From Phoronis australis (lineage: Eukaryota; Animalia; Phoronida), in assembly GCA_002633005.1 (NCBI GenBank), contig NMRA01000035.1, forward strand, positions 365,878 through 413,310: 47,433 bases of DNA. The letters are read 5' to 3'. Position numbers and translations under genes: made by a program. Under the pieces are notes generated by a model. The model was not told the DNA's origin. It did not search any database and saw only the letters and a list, made by a program, of their open reading frames with translations. Shown piece after piece: positions 46,330 to 47,433 of this stretch; the stretch's first letter is position 1; the number at the start of each line of letters is the position of its first letter.

Positions 46330-47027
46330 GTCAGAATTGTCGATTATGTCCATGACTCTTGTTTGTTCTATTATCTCTGTGTGTGGAATCCTGTCTAGTA
46401 ATTTTATTCCAAGCATTTTTCTCTCCATTGCTCTCTGTGTTGTTGTTAGCTTGGCAATTGTCTGTTTTGTTAAGGTCCATGTTTGGCATCCATAGGTGAT
46501 TGTGGGGATGATGCACTGGCCAAATACTTTTCTTTTCAGAGATATGGGTATGTTCTTATCTTGGAATATTTCTCTGTTTTTTCCAAAGCAATTCCATCCA
46601 GCTCTTATTCGGATTTGTATTTCATTGGTCATACGGTTCCCCACTTATATAGTTTGTCCCAGGTATTTACATTATGTGACTTTTTCAATGATCTTGTTCT
46701 CCACCATTACTTGTTCGTCTGTTTTAAAATTTGTCATGTATTTTGTCTTGTCCTTGTGTATCTTTAATCACACATTGTTGCTTTCTTCATTCAGTATATT
46801 TGAATTTGTTTCTAATTGTGTTATGTCTTCTGTGCACAAAGGCAACATCATCTGCAAATCTTAGGTCTGTTATATGTTCTCCGTCTATGTTCACTCCCTT
46901 TTGAAGGTCTGAAGATTTGAAGATCTCTTCCATTGTCAGTGTAAACAGTTTAGGTGAAATTGGGTCTCCCTGTCTAACTCCTCTCTCTATGTTGAATCTT
47001 TCAGAGACGTGGTTGTCGATGTGTATT
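46330..47027 (-). mobile_element. RTE-clade LINE reverse transcriptase fragment (stops and frameshifts)
   Basis: RGVRQGDPISPKLF, LRFADDV, KYLGQ, SLKRKVF..CIIPTITYGCQTW, TQRAMERKMLGI. Confidence 0.92.
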
Positions 47028-47301
47028 CACAGATCCCAAACTATTTTTGGTGACCCAAGTCTAAAGTTGGCTGCATAATCATTTTGATTTTTTTTGTATT
47101 CTAAATTTCAGGGGTGATATAACTTAATATGATCACTCGTGATATTCCAGCCACTTCCGTAAAAATGTATCAGAATTCTGATATTTGATTTACCTAACCA
47201 ATTAAGCTATTTTCACGAAAGACGTCGCTCTAGCTGGCGACTAGTGGGTAATCATAGAGTATCTTTGGTGTAGTAATACACACTAGTGTTGGCTTAGGTA
47301 G

Positions 47302-47433
47302 CAGGGGCGGACCCAGGATTTTGAGTTGCCGGGGGACAGGGCGCAGGAATAACCAGAATTTCGGCAGATGCTCGCGCCCAGCCTAAAATGTGGGATTCAG
47401 GGGTCTCGAATTTTTGGGTTTGCGGACCTTTTG
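47302..47433. mobile_element. Start of a CAGGGGCGGA-family MITE followed by a piece related to 14056-14100; runs off the window
   Basis: caggggcggacccaggattt; gcgcccagcctaaaatgtggga...ctcgaa. Confidence 0.55.

Noticed and set aside
1-47433. Prokaryotic operon, defence system or CRISPR-Cas locus
   Set aside because: Spliceosomal GT-AG genes, LINEs, MITEs and low coding density indicate animal DNA; no long ORFs or cas-like motifs are present.

Overview
This is AT-rich, intron-containing invertebrate animal genomic DNA, not prokaryotic; most ORFs in the supplied track are spurious or are exon read-throughs. Three spliced genes lie on the minus strand. Two are tandem ATF3/JDP2-like bZIP transcription factor paralogues (CDS 3016-4413, about 174 aa; CDS 14690-16130, about 180 aa). 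The third is a sialin-like SLC17 transporter with at least 10 coding exons at 20354-31952; its first coding exon could not be placed. The bZIP pair arose by an old segmental tandem duplication that also copied the 3' end of the SLC17 gene, leaving a decayed last exon and UTR at about 10400-11095. The most interesting signals are: (i) an ordered HSE + CRE + MEF2 + Rel/NF-kB motif cluster conserved upstream of both bZIP copies; (ii) near-identical bZIP exons amid much more diverged flanks, suggesting gene conversion; (iii) a Kolobok-like element (TTAA TSD) with a THAP-domain remnant missed by the ORF track; (iv) 29 bp and 42 bp TIR-only mini-elements with clean TSDs; and (v) an inverted, CpG-decayed copy of the putative SLC17 5' region. 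A 567 bp near-identical duplication inside SLC17, joined by a single N, is probably an assembly artefact. The rest is LINE fragments, MITEs and tRNA-like repeats. I see no evidence of a wholly new protein system. All coordinates and alignments were read by eye and need computational confirmation.
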